Assembly (NCBI GenBank): GCA_965203295.1
Contig: CBDBCZ010000014.1
Span: 864,001-928,000 of the forward strand
Source of the DNA: Nitrospirales bacterium
Lineage (GTDB): Bacteria > Nitrospirota > Nitrospiria > Nitrospirales > UBA8639
Reading direction: 5' to 3'
DNA: 64,000 bases
How positions within the stretch are numbered: position 1 is the stretch's first letter; each line of letters opens with the position of its first letter. This document shows, piece by piece, positions 34,860-48,540 of the stretch. Below the pieces are notes generated by a model, which was given only the letters and a program-made list of their open reading frames with translations, was not told the origin of the DNA and made no database searches. The translations under genes were made by a program, and so were the position numbers.

Positions 34860-35990
34860 TTACGTACTTCAAGGACAGTACTTACGGAGATGTGCACTAT
34901 GCCTAATTAATATATACAGATAGTGAAAAGTAAATTGAAAGAGGATATGCTTGGTGTGAAGGATTGAGGTCAGGTTGTGCTTTCTATTTGATTTTTACGC
35001 CAGAGTAACCTTCTGAATCATATGATGTAATGGGCAGGGCAGATTAAAGAGGTTAGGAGACAGGTTTATAAGGTGATTAGTAATAGTGGAGAAGATAAGG
35101 GGGGAGAGTTACGTTCAGAAGTCAAGGAATTGGTACGTTAGAAAAATAGATGGTTGGATTGAGGTGATTGAAAAGGCTAATAAAGATTTTTATTAAAGCA
35201 GAGTTTGGACACATTTGTTGGCAGGACTTCAAAGGGTAATTGTAAGGGTATTATTTTTTTTGAGGTTCCTGCGTAACTAGTACTAAGGGAAGGTTGGAAG
35301 AAGTACGAGAACGCTATATATAGGTTAGACATCGAGTCCATGGGATCTACGCGATTTAGAAACCCGAGGGCCCGAGGGTTTCTAAATCGCGTAGATCCCA
35401 TTGGACGAGATATCTAACCAATTTAGAGTATAGCAACAGTAATCACGCTGGCACTTCAGGTAGCACAAAGGACCTCTTGAGTGACGAGCTGCTACAGTGG
35501 ATACAGGATGCGTCGGACGATGAGCCAGGCTGGTAAGTGGCGGTGATAATTATTATCGTTCGGTATCGAGAGTCTACTGCCGCTTGCGACTTTCATCTCG
35601 CTTGAATCTGACATCAAATCAAAGCTTGAAAGCGCTTCTCTTCATTTCTGCAGAGAATTCTGTCGGAATCTCCCCCCCATTCTTAACTACAACGCTGCTA
35701 AAGCGGTACGCACTGCCACACTTGCAACGTAATTATATTTTTGTTGCTATTATGACGTAATTTTAATTGTGTTCCGGATATCCTGGGGGTATCTATAGAG
35801 TCCACGGTAGGTGGACTCTATGAGATTTAGAGACCATGCATAGACCAATCAAATTGCGAGATTTTGTGACACTATACTCTAAGAAAGGTTTGGGTACGGT
35901 ATCTGTAGATGATCAGTTTGATGATAGCTGGAAAGAGCGCATAGAGAAAAAAGTGATGGGATTATAGTGCAAGATAAGGTTTGGATTAGT
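34860..35990 (+). mobile_element. Degraded LINE ORF2 fragment (endonuclease-RT linker), split by a hairpin element
   Basis: Purine-rich coding-like sequence LEEVRERY..ER(fs)LGTVSVDDQFDDSWKERIEK across the insertion. A further RT fragment lies at ~37260-37540 (GKGRMWRV..VAQGCS). Confidence 0.55.
35318..35882 (+). mobile_element. Hairpin + IR-bounded non-autonomous element (family member 2)
   Basis: Palindrome 35323-35419 with CGAG/CGAG mismatches, then inverted repeat ttagagtatag (35423-35433) / ctatactctaa (35872-35882). No TSD visible. Confidence 0.8.
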
Positions 35991-38924
35991 TACCAATTTA
36001 TTAGTGTTCTATAAATAGTGTTCCTATTGAATAATAAAACAGGAGATTCATTTTGTATTACGTAGTGTGTATCTGTTTTCCTCGCTATTAGCTACACTGT
36101 TAGTGTATGGGTACAAAGTAAAGCCAAATTGAAAACAAACGTCGTACTTAATTTACTCTTCATGGAATACTTTGTTCAAAAGATATGCAGATGTATAGAA
36201 TTATTTGCTCACCGTAATGAACTTGGACGTTTTCAACGGCCAGTAGATGCACCAGAAGATTTTTAATGGCTACTGGAGTGTAGGTTAGCTGCTGCTTTTA
36301 ATGCTGTTATTTACGATGACTAGAAACTACTGCACTTGCTAGCTAGCTCAGCGGGCATGTCGGACACACCTCTTGTGCATGACGTTGTTTTATGACTAGA
36401 ACTGAAATATCGGAATGGTTAATTTGGGCTCCGTTCTGGTCCTGTATGGAGATGCTGGTTTTGATGACATGTATGTGTGAGCTTGCACGTATGTCTTTTG
36501 CCCATGCATGACAATAACAGACAATTTCAAAGTATTATACATATACATACTATGGGATAGAAAAACAATTAGCCTAAAAACCCATGCAGTACAAAACCTT
36601 AGATAACTGTATAGTTGTAAAGTTTCTCTGCTTACTGACTGGGCAACAGGCTACCATAGCAATCCCTGCTACAGTATAGCTGTCTTCCAGAGTAGTCAAT
36701 AATACTCAGTACATTTTCGATCGCTCGCAGTGTACTGCTACTCTACTTCTAGTCAATTACGCATGCTCATTATGACTGTGCTGTCAGAGCCCCGGTAGGG
36801 ACCGACCGGGAAACTCTCCCTCCAATGAGATCCCAACCACAACGAGACACGGTCTCTCCAGGGGCTGCTTGGCTGCAGCCTTACTGGAACTCTTGCTGGC
36901 CGGGCAAACCCGGGAAGGAGAACATATGCAGACCAACAGTATTGTTCTTGTGTGGCTCAAGTATCAATTCGGAACAGGTCCTCTTGTACAAGTTCTCATA
37001 TTACCACTAGGAGCATAATGACATAAGAAAAGAGCTCCTGTTACAACCCACAGACAAGACAGCATTCTCACATTACCACAGACCAGACTGCTGTCTGATC
37101 TGTGGGTAATAATGTGAGAACCTGCTCTGAATTGATGCGTGAGCCACCCAAGAAGTAGAAAAGGAGTTAACATCTTTACTCCAAATAAAAATCATACCGG
37201 GTAGGGTGAGGGAAGGAAAGCACGCTTCATGCTTTAAATTAGTATGTTCAAAAAACATTTGACACACTTTGGCATGACGGCTTATGGTTGGAGTTATGGG
37301 AAATTGGGTAAGGGTAGGATGTGGAGAGTTAATAAGAGCATGTACGACATTACACAGGGTGTCGTTTCACTAAAGAGAGAAAAACCCAAACTATTCCATA
37401 TACGTAGGCCAGAGGTGGCACAGGGTTGTAGTACGCACGTATGTCACCTATTCTATTTTCTCAATCGGTTATTAGTTGAGGTTCAGACAGCTAGGATTGG
37501 CATAGCTACTAAGAATGATGTTAACATTGGAGATGTAGTCTAGTGTTTACAGTTTGGTTGTCTGAATTTACAAACTCGCTCTTTTTCTTTATGTGTATAA
37601 TTATATACATATTTGGTTCATGGATGACTGAACGTGTAGGTATGTAAAATCCCCAGCGGAATTTACATTTGTATAATTATATTTATGCTATCCATTTTTC
37701 AGTTCTTTCATGTGAGAGTCCACAGTTTGGTTCCTATTACGTACATGTATGGTATCCAATTAATGCTGCATGCATTCTCAAGTCTAGCAACCACTAAGCA
37801 ACTACATCTTTTTATCCCACAGCATGTATGCATAGTACAAATGGTTGTCTGGTATTATATCTGTATTTCTAACAGAAGTTAAGAAAAAACAGACTGTATT
37901 TGATAACAGTATAGCTGAGAGAAGTAGCATGAGGCCCGGGGAAGCTAAGTGCACCCTGCTAGTAGCATTTGTATCATGTACACCAGAGGGATTTTCCTTT
38001 TATACTTACAACCTCACCAATAATTATCTAACCCTAACCACACTACCATGTGAAGTACAGTGTTTGAATGGAGATGTGGGTGCATGTATGATGGGCATAC
38101 AAAGATATAATGAACAATGACTTAAATGTGGCAAAGCTGGGATACTTTCACCAGCCACCCTGCCTTGAAAGTACGAGATAACCTGGAAAATTCAGTTGGA
38201 GAAGGTACAAAGAAGGGACTGGTTTTAGGAGATTTGTGCCTGCTAGAAAGAGTGGAGAGATTGGCAGTGCTGCTTAAAAGTCACATTCACATCATTTGAT
38301 CATACCATGCTCTCCATTTCTTGTGCTGATATCTCCACTTTAACAGAAGCACTACACAATCTCTGCTAACCTGGGAGCTGTAGTAAGCCTCTCTTGGTAA
38401 TACTTCACTATGTACCCAGGCCTCCCAGACTTCATCTCGCAATCGCCCATGGCTGATATGTAACGTCTGGTTAGGAGGCCTGGGATGAGATGAAGTGAAA
38501 TTGTGTGGTGTACTAATTGTTATGGTATACATGTATGTACATATTCCGATTATTTAGGTACATTGTAGGTACATATGCTATACTAGTATTGAGGTACCAA
38601 ATTGAATTTAGATTTCCTTTGTTTGGTATATGTATGCAGGTACTTCAACTTGTGCACTGGTCTAGAAGTGGACTCATGATGACGGAATTGGAAGAGGTAA
38701 ACTTTCAATGCACTGTACAGTGTATTAAAATTGGCGTGAAAAAGCACTTTACCAAAAAGTGCAATAACCATTCATGTAGGGATGCACTTCCACAAAAATA
38801 AAGGAAACAAGCTATAACTCACACTGCAACGGGTTCACAGACTACCTACATAATGCATTACAGAGTAGCTACAAATCACAGCACAGTGCGTTTACGGAGA
38901 CCAACCTTGGTAAGGAGATGTAGG

Positions 38925-39275
38925 GAGGATGGATGAAGTTTACAGCTCTAAGGACCATCCACAATTGGATGACATTGATCATTCACAATTGGATGAATGG
39001 TTAACAGTTACTAAAACCATCCACGATTGGATGACATTGACCTTCCACAATTGGATGAATGTTCCAAATCTTAAGACCATCCACAATTGGATGGCATTGA
39101 TCATCCACAATTGGATGAATGTTAACAGTTATTAAAGCCATCCATAATTGGATGGAGAATGCTAACTTTAACAATGAAGTCCAACCATAATTGAACGATT
39201 GTTACAGTTATTAAAATCATCCACAATTGGATGAATGTTAGGGGTAATTATTTATAGCTACCATCCACAGAATGA
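38925..39275. repeat. Tandem array with palindromic core catccacaattggatg
   Basis: About 9-10 units of ~25-33 bp. Core related to the arms of the 23026-24635 element. Confidence 0.75.
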
Positions 39276-39739
39276 ATGGTAGCCTTGTGCCCAGGGTCAT
39301 TGCGTGGGAGGAAAGTTGAGGAATTAGGAATTTATTTGAGCTTTAGGCCAGGGTAGTCCAAAAGCTATACAAAAAAAAACAAATTGAAACACCATTATTG
39401 CGAAACATATATAACACTATTATAGGTATCTACTCCTCAGTTTGCATAAATTAACAACAAAGTATCCAATCAACTTGTAAAACCTATCCAGTATAATAAA
39501 ACATGAAAACATAAAAGTAGTATATGACCCTTTATACTCCTCTTCTGCTCCAATCAAACACCTTGGATGTGATGTAATGTACTATAACTATAACACAATG
39601 TTGGCTGCAAATTGTTTATTGCTGTTCAGAAACAATAAAACACTCTAAAAAGTGCCCTGTGCACGATATAAAGATTTTGCTAGTCTTCTCCTGTTTCTAC
39701 GGTATCATGTTTCTTTACTGCATTGGTTTCTGTCTATTG

Positions 39740-40262
39740 GTATGTAAGCCATGTTTCTGTCCTGCAATAGTCTCTGTCCTTTAGATAGTTTGAAGTTTTA
39801 GTTTCTGCACTACATTAGTCTCGTCTGTTAGTCTGGTGTTTTGGTATTTAAGCAGCACTGCAGTAGTCTCTATCTCAGTGTTTTAGTATTTCAGCAGTGT
39901 TTTTTAGCATAATTAGTCTGTCAGAAGTTTTAGTATTTAAGCCATGTTCTGTTCTGCGTTACTTTTCGTCAGTTAGTTTAAAGTTTTACTATTTATGTCG
40001 TGTTTCTGTACTGCAGTAGTCCCTGTCTGATAGTTAGTCTGGATATTTAGTTTTTAAGCCACGTTGCTGTACTGCTTTACTCTCTGCCTGTTAATCAGTT
40101 TGGAGTTTTAGTATTTAAACCACTTTTTCGTACTGCACTAGTCTCTGTCTGGAGTTTTAGTGTTTAAGCCGTGGTTCTATACTGCATTAGTCGCTGTGAG
40201 TTAGTATTTAATCCGTGTTTCTGTACTGTTAGTCTTCGTCAGTTAGTCCGATGTTTTAGTAT
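39740..40262 (+). repeat. ~60-bp satellite (ttttagtatttaagccatgtttctgtactgcattagtctctgtctgttagt..)
   Basis: About 9 degenerate units. A related reverse-complement array lies at 44390-44945. Confidence 0.75.
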
Positions 40263-41537
40263 TGAAGCCACAGTTGCCCAGCAACCCTCATGTACCCTAG
40301 GGTACAGGGATGTACCTTGGCTTGAAAAGCACCGCCTAGGTACATGGGGTTTGTACACTGTGGTGGTGCCTTTCAAGGGACCTACAACTATGGTACAAAT
40401 TTCAATTAAATCCTAACTTCCTAAGCATGTGTTATATCTGACTAACATCAGCCAAAATGTATTTACTAGGCTATTGAAGAGGTCAGATCAATGGTAGCTA
40501 GTTGCTTATGCAAAAAGTCTTTGGCTGAGACCAACAACACTGAAACTGTACCAATCTTGAATGCAAATCCTTACTTCCAAAGCCTGTATTGTATTGGACT
40601 AAATAACATCAAGCAAACTAAATAAGCTTTTGAATTCTAAGCCAGTTCTTTGGCTAGGCTAGTGAATAAATAACATCAACCAAACTGAATAAGGTTTGGA
40701 AATTTAAGCCAGTTCTTTTCCTAGGCGGGTGAAGAGGGGTCAGATCAATGGTATCTAGTTTCTTTTGATGAGAGTGTCTGCCAAGAACACTAAAATTGTA
40801 CTAATTTTAGGGAAATCAATACTTCCTAAGCCAGTTTGGTAACTAATTACCATCAGCTATAATAACAAGCCTTTGACTCTTAATCCAATTCCTTTTCTAG
40901 ACATTTGGGAAAGGTCTCATCGAGGTTAGCTAGTTGCTTAGGCTGAAAGTCTTTGCCTGGGACCAAGAAAACTGAAATTGTAACAAATTTCAATTCACCC
41001 GTTTCAACCACTTGCTGCTTCGCTACTTCAGTGATATTCTTAGCAGTGCTACATAACAGTCTGGTTAGTGATGACAATGCTCAAAAACAACTGGTAGGGC
41101 TCATATCAGCCCTAGACTACACCTACAGTAGAGTTCTGAACATGTCATTTTGTACACATTTAATGGGGACACCATTTTTTCCAGGGCCATCCTTACACAT
41201 GGGAGTTCTATCGTACTCCATGATAACTAGAAGGTGGTTGACTGAATGGCATCAGAGAATGTATTGTACCTGTGTGGTAGATAGTTGTTTAAGAGTAGGG
41301 TGGTATGTGGGTATGAGGAGCCTGATAGACACAATTAACAAGCATTATTTGTCTCGATCTCAGCACAAATGTAACTAACTAGCTAAAATAAGGCTAGAGA
41401 CCGAGATGAAGCCAAGATTACTATTGCAGCATTTTTACCCAGACTCCGAGGTTTCAAAACTGAATAGCGGCTCACATCAGTCTGTAGCCAACTTAAAGCA
41501 GCAGTGTAGAGAATGGAGTCAGTTTGTCTATCCTTGC

Positions 41538-41880
41538 TTGTACCATAGTTGTAAGTCACTTGAAAGGCACCGCCCTAGTGTACAAACCCCATGTACTTAG
41601 GCGGTGCCTTTCAAGCCAGGGTACATCCATGTACCCTAGGGTGCATGAGGGTTGCTGGGCAACTGTGGCTTCTTCTCAAAACTGTGAAACAATTAGCGGG
41701 TACTATAAAAGCTACTATGGCACAAGTCATCTGTACCATGGGTTTCTAAGGTGTATGGGATTTGTACCCTCGTGCAGTTGTATGTCTTCCCTCGGGCTTC
41801 GCCCTCGGGAAGACATACAACTGCCCTCGGGTACAAATCCCATACACCTTGAAACCCATGGTACAAATATAACTTGTACA
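41538..41880 (-). mobile_element. IR-bounded body + hairpin element (family member 3)
   Basis: Palindrome 41722-41877, apex cctcgggcttcgccctcgg 41790-41808, CTCG/CTCG mismatches. Body bounded by ttgtaccatag (41538) / ctatggcacaa (41715). Partial body copies at 40264-40400 (inverted) and 52440-52600 (diverged). Confidence 0.8.
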
Positions 41881-42704
41881 TACAATAAAGTTGTGTAACT
41901 ATAAAATTCAGCACAAACTGCAGCCTAATTAATAATTCAAGACACATGTCTCTGATCTGTTAAAAGCCACAGGTCACCAAGTAAAACTGCAGGTCACTAA
42001 ATATATAGCAACTTAGTGACCTGCTGTCCTCATCTCTTCGAGATTTGGTAACCTCATTTCATGTTCTGCTCTCTGATCTAATTACTGTTGCTGCAAGATA
42101 TTGTGGGGCGACTGAAGAACACGATTGAGCTTAGGGTCGGGATCAGGCTATGTTTTGTTCTCATCAAATTATCCCTGTCTCCATGAAGCGGGCTTTTAAG
42201 GCCTGAGTAAATTTTCTGGGAATAATTTGGGAATAATAGGAAGTCAAAAGGCTTACGAATAAGGATTTACAGGAATATCTGCGACTACCTTGTGTGTTAA
42301 AATGGCAGATGGTACTTCAGAGTTAAGACAATCATTTTACAGCTTAGTCCTCCCAAGGGCATTTCTGATTTCGCCAGCATATAACCCCCAAAGACTTAAT
42401 TACCGTACCTCAATATGCGATGATGGTGTATCCTTATTAACTGGAATAGCCCAATGAGGAATAGAATAATAGGCAGTTTTTTGCGGAAATAATTGAAAGA
42501 AGCACCAAGCATGTAGTTCTCAGCAATCCCTAAATTTTGGAGTTTGGAAGATGGCCACACCAAGATTACTTCCTGGCAAAAATAATTCAATTTAAATACG
42601 ACACGGACTACAAGCACTATGTATATGATGGAGTAGTTCCAGTGGGGTTAGTACCCGAAATGAATACCCTCAACAGTGAATCAGGCATCACCGTCCAATA
42701 CTAC

Positions 42705-43140
42705 TAGTCTCATGCCCAGCTCCACATTAGAAAGGTGGGTCTAGCGACCTGTATATTCAAGTCGGGTTAGCATTACATCAGCAGTCCCAGATCTGGACTG
42801 GTAATGCGAAGTGGAATTCACAGTTACATCCATGTCCTAGTCTCATTCCCAGCCACATACACTTGCAAAAATAAACAGGAAAGGTAACTATTCCCGTTTT
42901 TTTTTGTGAGTGCACGTGGGGGGAGCCTGGGAACAAGGCTATCCATGTCGCTATACTCGGCATTGATAAGTGGGTGCAAAGTGGCTGCTGCAACTGTGAT
43001 ATCCGCATGATGATGTAATACTATAATCAGCCAATCACACTGCTGGTCCAGATCTGGGACTGCTGACGTAAGGCTAACCCAATTTTCAATATATAGGGTG
43101 CCAGACCCACTTTTCTAACGTGGGGCTGGGGATGAGACTA
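42705..43140. mobile_element. MITE with a nested mini-palindrome insertion
   Basis: Outer tagtctcatgcccagc / gctggggatgagacta, internal inverted cagcagtcccagatctggac / gtccagatctgggactgctg, nested tagtctcattcccagcc..gcctgggaacaaggcta at 42838-42941. A further partial unit at 43160-43300. Confidence 0.65.
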
Positions 43141-44389
43141 CCACTACTATGGCCTACTGCAACTGTGATATCTGTTTGGTAATTATATATATTATGTAAT
43201 ATTCAACCAATCACAATGCCGGTCCAGAACTGGGGCCACTGACGTAATGTTGCCCCAACTTTGAATATACAGGGCGTAATGTAGGGCTGGGCATTAGACA
43301 AATACCGCCAGGGCTAGCAATATAGACATGTGGCAATAATATAAAACCCAATTGCAATGTAGAGTCTCAGAAATAAATGTTTTCACTCCACAATGTGACG
43401 GGTAATGAATGGCCATACGCGCAAACTATACACTGTCCAAACTTTACTACGGTAAAAGAGCATGACTACTAGATAAAGACAAGGACTACAATATTTTAGC
43501 AACGTTATTGTGATTTTAGTTTCATGATACACGTATGTACTAGTTAAATGTAACATATTGGGCCAGTACTGGCTGTACACACTGTGCATACTGTCAAATT
43601 TAATGGATATGCCCCCCACACTGTTTAGGTTAGCAAATGCACAATTTAGATATGAGGTATGGTAGTTACAAAGCTGCCTTCATATCTACGTACATTTTGG
43701 ATATGGATACCTTCAAACACGAGAGACTTTAGAGCACTTGAGGCACACAAGCAGCCTTGAATAGATCTATCATAAAGTCATTCTGTCATATATTAGTAAC
43801 TGCATGGATGTATACACTGCAAATCCCAAGTTTAATCAGTGTGATAAAAGTATCTTAGGGTTCGAAACTACATTGATTATTAACTAAAGTTCAATGCACA
43901 TATCTTAATGCAGCTAGAACTACTGAACTAGTTGTCTAATTAGGGTTCTATCCACTAACATGTGATACACATATGTACCTCTATCACTGCAAGAGCTGCG
44001 GTATGTGTACATCAACTGTCCAGGTACGTACTTTGCAATGCTGTATGCTGGGCTTCAATCAGGCACACCATGTCTCAAATGTGGAACAGCAGCAACTCTT
44101 TGGTACTTCACACCAACTGAAGGATAAACAGGGAAGTAATTATTGCTAGTAATAGATGACAGTGGTCTAAGGCTAGTATTTCTTTGTACATAGATTACTT
44201 AATATACCCCTGCACAGCAGTCAATCAACAGGAAGCTTTCCGCTTATACCGTAGACTCGGGTTATCAAGCGCATGCGCTAGTTGGGACAATAGCAAAAAT
44301 ATATGCGCTACATAACGAAGTGCACTACATAATGGGGGTTAAAGGTTGACCACGCCTAGTTTTTCCCCAAATGCCAAAATTCAAGACCT

Positions 44390-44945
44390 ACTAATAGACA
44401 CACTCTAATAAAATTGAGAAACAATACTTAAACACTAAAACTCAAGACTAACTAACAGACAGACACGAATACAGTCGAGAAACACGGCCTAAGCACTAAA
44501 CTCCAAGACTAACTAACAGACGCACACTAATACAGTTGAGAAACATGGCCTAAACACTAAAACTCAAGACTAACCAACAGACAGACACAAATACAGTCGA
44601 GAAACACGGCCTAAGCACTATAATACAAGACTAACAGACACAAGCTAATACAGTGGGGAAACATGGCCTAAACATTATAACTCAAGGCTGACTAAGACAC
44701 AGACACAAATACAGTCGTGAAACACAGCTTAAAAACTAAACCTCTGAACTAATAAACAGACAGACATTAATACAGTTGTGAAACATAGCCTAAATACTAT
44801 ATCTCAAGACTTATTTCTAATACAGTTAAGTTTAAACTCAAAAACCCAAGGCTAACTAACAGATAAACACTAATACAGTCAAGAAACACAGTCCAAGTAA
44901 CCAAAACTAAAGACAGACAGACACAAATACAGTCGAGAACCAAAT
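44390..44945 (-). repeat. ~60-bp satellite, opposite orientation to 39740-40262
   Basis: aaacactaaaactcaagactaactaacagacagacac.aatacagtcgagaaacacggcct units. Confidence 0.8.
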
Positions 44946-47900
44946 GGTAGTACTCAGCAGTATGGAGTGGTAGAGTGCAGTAAAGTACAATAGAATACTG
45001 TAGGTTGCAGTAAGATTCGTAGGGTGCCCTAGGGTGCTGCAGAGTGTAAATGGTTGCAGTACGATACAATAGGTTGCAGTAGGGTGCATCAGAGTGCTGT
45101 AAAGTGCAGTGGAGAGTGCAGTAAGTGGCAGAAGAATGCAGTAGGGAGCCGCACTGTTCAGTAGAGTGTAGAGTTTAGTAGGGAGCAGTACGTTGCAGTA
45201 GGGTGCCATAGGGTGCTGTAGAATGTTTTTGAGTATAGGAGGGTGCAGTATGGTGCAGTGAGTTGAAGTAGGGTGCAGTATGGTGCAGTGAGTTGAAGTA
45301 GGATGCATTACAAGTGCAGCAAAGTCTAGTGGAGGAGAGTGCAGAAAGTTGCAGCAGAGTGCAGTAAGGAGTAGTAGAAAGCAGTACAGCTCACTAGGGT
45401 GCTGTAGATTACAGCAGGGTACCAATGGCATGGTGTAAAGTGTAGTAGAGTGCATCACGGTACAGCAGGTTGCAGCAGGGTGCATTAGAGTGTAGTGGAG
45501 AGTGCCGTAAATTGCAGTAGAGAACAGTAGAGTGTTGTAGAGTTCAGTAGGGTAATGTAGGTAACAATAGGGTCTCGTATACGGTAACGTAAAGTGCTAT
45601 AGGGTGTAAAAGGGTGGTGTACGATGCAGTAGGGAGGAATAGAGTGCCGTTGAGAGTGCAGTAGATTACAGCAGAGTTAAGTAGGAAGCCGTTGAGGGCA
45701 GTAAAGTTTAGTTGGGTGCTTTAGGTTGCAGTAGGGTATTGTATGGAGCGGTAGTGTGCTGTATGGCAGAGGAGGGTGCAATACGATGCATAAAGTTGCG
45801 GAAGAGTGCATTGGAGTGCAGTATATAGCAGTGAAGAGTTCATTAACTCATAGAAGAGGGCAGTAGAGAACATTAGAGTTCAGTAATGTGAACTAGTTTG
45901 CAGTAGGGTACCATAGGGTGCCATCGGAGACTGTAAGATGTAAGAAAGTAGTAGAGTGCAATAGAATGCAGTTAATTGCAGTTAATTGCAGTAGAGTGCA
46001 GTAGGGAGCAGTAGAGTATAGTAGAGTTCAGTAGGGTGATGTAGGTTGTAATAGGATCTCGTAGGGTACGTAGAGTGCTCTACGGTGAAGGAGGGTGGTG
46101 TACGATGCAGTAGGTTGCAGTAGGGAGGATTTGCATACAATAGAGTCCAGCGGAGAGCACAGTAAATTACAGCAGAGTGCATTAGAGAGCCATTGAGAGC
46201 AGTAGAGTTAGACACTGTAGATTGCCATAGGGTATTGTAAGGAGCCGTAGGGCGTAGTATGGTGTAGCAGGGTGCAGTACGGTACAGTAAGTTGCAGTAG
46301 GGCACATTAGAGTGCAGTATAGTGCAGTGGAGAGTACATAAACCTGCAGAAGAGAGCAGTAGAGTGTCATCGGGTGCTGTAAGGGTAAGAGGGTGCAGTA
46401 TGGCTGAAAAGGTTGCAGTAGGGCACAGAAGAGTGTAAAAGAGGGCAGTGGAGAGAGCAGTAAATAGCAGAAGAGTGCTGTAGAGTGTAAGAGGGTGCAG
46501 TAGAGTGCAGTAGGGAATGGCAGAGTGCAGTAAAGTACAATAGGGTGCTGTAGGTTGCAATAGAATCCTGTAGGGTGCCGTAGGGTGCTGTAGAGGGTAA
46601 AAGGTTGCAGTATGATACAGTAGGTTGCAGTAGAGCGCATTAGAGTGCAGTAAAGTGCACTGGATAGCGTAGCAAATTGCTGTAGAGTGCAGTAGGGAGC
46701 TGTAGAATGCAGCAGAGTTCAGCTGGGTACTGAAAGTTGTAGTAGGGGGCTATTATGGGGCTGTAGGGTGTAGCAGGCTACAGTACAAAACAGCAGGTTG
46801 CAGTAGGGTGCCTTAGAGTGCTGTAAAGTGCTGTGGAGAGCGCAGTAAATTGTAAAAGAGTGTAGTAGGGAGCAGTACAGTTCATTAGAGTTTAGTAGGG
46901 AGTAGTAGGTTGCTGTAGGGTACTGTAGGGTATCGTAGGGTGCTGTTGGGTGTAACAGGGTGCAATACAATGAAGTAGGTTGCAGTAGAGCGCATTAGAG
47001 TGCCGTAATCTGCTATTGAGCGTGCAGTAAACTGTCGAAAAGTGCAGTAGGGTGAAGTAGAGTTTAGTAGAGTGTAATAGGATGCTGTAGGTTACAGTTG
47101 GGTGCCGTAGGGGGCCATAGCGTACTGTAAGGTGTAGGAAGGAGCAGTAGGGTGCATTAGGTTGCACTAAACTGCAGTGGAGAGCACAGTAAATTGTAGA
47201 AGAGTGCAGTAGGTAGCAGTACAGGTGAGTAGAGTTCAGTAGGGAACAGTAGGTTGCAGGAGGATGCTGCAGGGTGTCGGAAAGTGCAGTGCAGTGAAGT
47301 AGGTTGTAGTAGGGTACAGTAGAGTGCAGTTAGATGCGGTGAAGAGTACAGTAAATTGCAGTAGAGCACAGTAGGGAGGTGTAGAGTTCATTAGAGTTCA
47401 GTAGGGTGCGGTAAGTGGCAATAGTGTGCAATAGAGTGCAGTGGAGAGTGCAAAAAATTGCAGTAGAGTGCAGTAGTAAGCAGTAGAGTACAGCAGAAGT
47501 TAGTAGGTGAGGTAGGTCATATTAGGGTCTCGTAGGGTACCGTAAAGTGCTGTGGAGTATTAGAGGGTGCAGTAGATTGCAGCAGGTTGCAATAGGGAGC
47601 ATTAGAATGCAGTAAAGTACTGTGGAGAGTGCACTGAATTGCAACACAGTGCAGTAGGGAGCTGTAGAGTGCTGTACAGATTAGTTCAGTGCTGTAGGTT
47701 GCAGCAGGGTTTTGTAGGGAGCCATGGAGTGCTGTATGGTGTAGGAGGGTGCGATACTGTGTAGTAAGTTGCAGTAGGGCGCATTAGAGGGCTGTATACT
47801 GCCTTGAAAAGAGCAGTAACATGCCGAAGAGGACAGTAGGGAACAGTAGAGCTCATCAAAGTACTGTAGGGTGGAGTAAGTTGCAGTAGGGCGCCGTAAA

Positions 47901-48540
47901 TGTGTCGTCAGATACTATAGGGGTTAAGAGGAAGCAGTATGGTGCAGTAGGTTGCTGTAGGGCAAAGGAGGGCAGTACAATGTGCACAAAGTTGCAATAG
48001 AGTGCAGTAGAAAGCGGTAGAGTACAGTAAAATACAATAGGTGCTGTAGGTTGAAGGGGGATCCCGTAGGGTGCCGCAGGGTGCTGTAGAGTGTTATAGG
48101 TTGTAGTACTATATAGTAGGTTGCAGTAGAGTGCAGTAAAGTGCAGTGGAGAGCGCAACAAATTGCTGCAGAGTGCAGTAGGGAGCTATAGAGAGCAGCA
48201 GAGTTCTGCTGGGTGCTGAAAGTTGCTGTAGGGGACCATTAGGGGGCCGTAGGGTGTAGGAGGGTGCAGTACGGTACAACAAGTTGCAGTAGGGTGACTT
48301 AGAGTGCAGTAAAGTGCTGTGGAGAGCACAGTAAAGTGTAAAACAGTGTAGTAGGGAGCAGTACAGTTAATTACGTTCAGTAGGGAGTAGTAGGTTGCAG
48401 AAAGGTGCTGCAGGGTGCTGTTGGGTGTAGGAGGTTTGAGTACGATGCAGTAGGTTGCAGTAGAGTGCATTAGAGTGCCGTGAACTGCTATTGAGAATGC
48501 AGTAGACTGCAAAAAATAGTACAGTAGGGTATCATAGTTC
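44946..48540. repeat. 3.6-kb degenerate satellite with 10-bp period (gtagagtgca / gtaggttgca / gtagggtgct)
   Basis: Continuous decamer variants. Accounts for all LYCTLL-type ORFs in 44797-48545. Confidence 0.9.

Larger units (their letters stand above)
20301..38696 (+). pseudogene. NPHP3-like: Nephrocystin-3-like NACHT NTPase gene, disrupted (exons 20301-20542?, 21911-22066, 22623-22720, 22828-22930, 25469-25539, 32835-32895, 33939-34016, 38640-38696)
   Basis: Seven phase-compatible gt-ag exons give ..PKNPTKLHDCFMSWLSKLS..AVIIIDNADLIM / DCEQQLSWILQSLPNNIRVILTASEDNYPDSWR / ALPSP..IQEVI*QMQ..MEQ / VGIL..PLWCILATQHIL / SATARSSAELEEMIELL / EVPELVKYVLDEVE / VLQLVHWSRSGLMMTELEE. This is colinear, by recollection, with the NPHP3 Walker-B-to-winged-helix region. 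TAG at 22886-22888. No Walker A or TPR exons found. Confidence 0.75.

Noticed and set aside
36780..36930. GC-rich stretch upstream of a LINE fragment, considered as an HDV-like ribozyme
   Set aside because: Could not assemble the nested double pseudoknot by eye on either strand.
38925..39275. Palindromic repeats with short variable gaps, superficially CRISPR-like
   Set aside because: Gaps are short and themselves repetitive, no cas genes, eukaryotic context.
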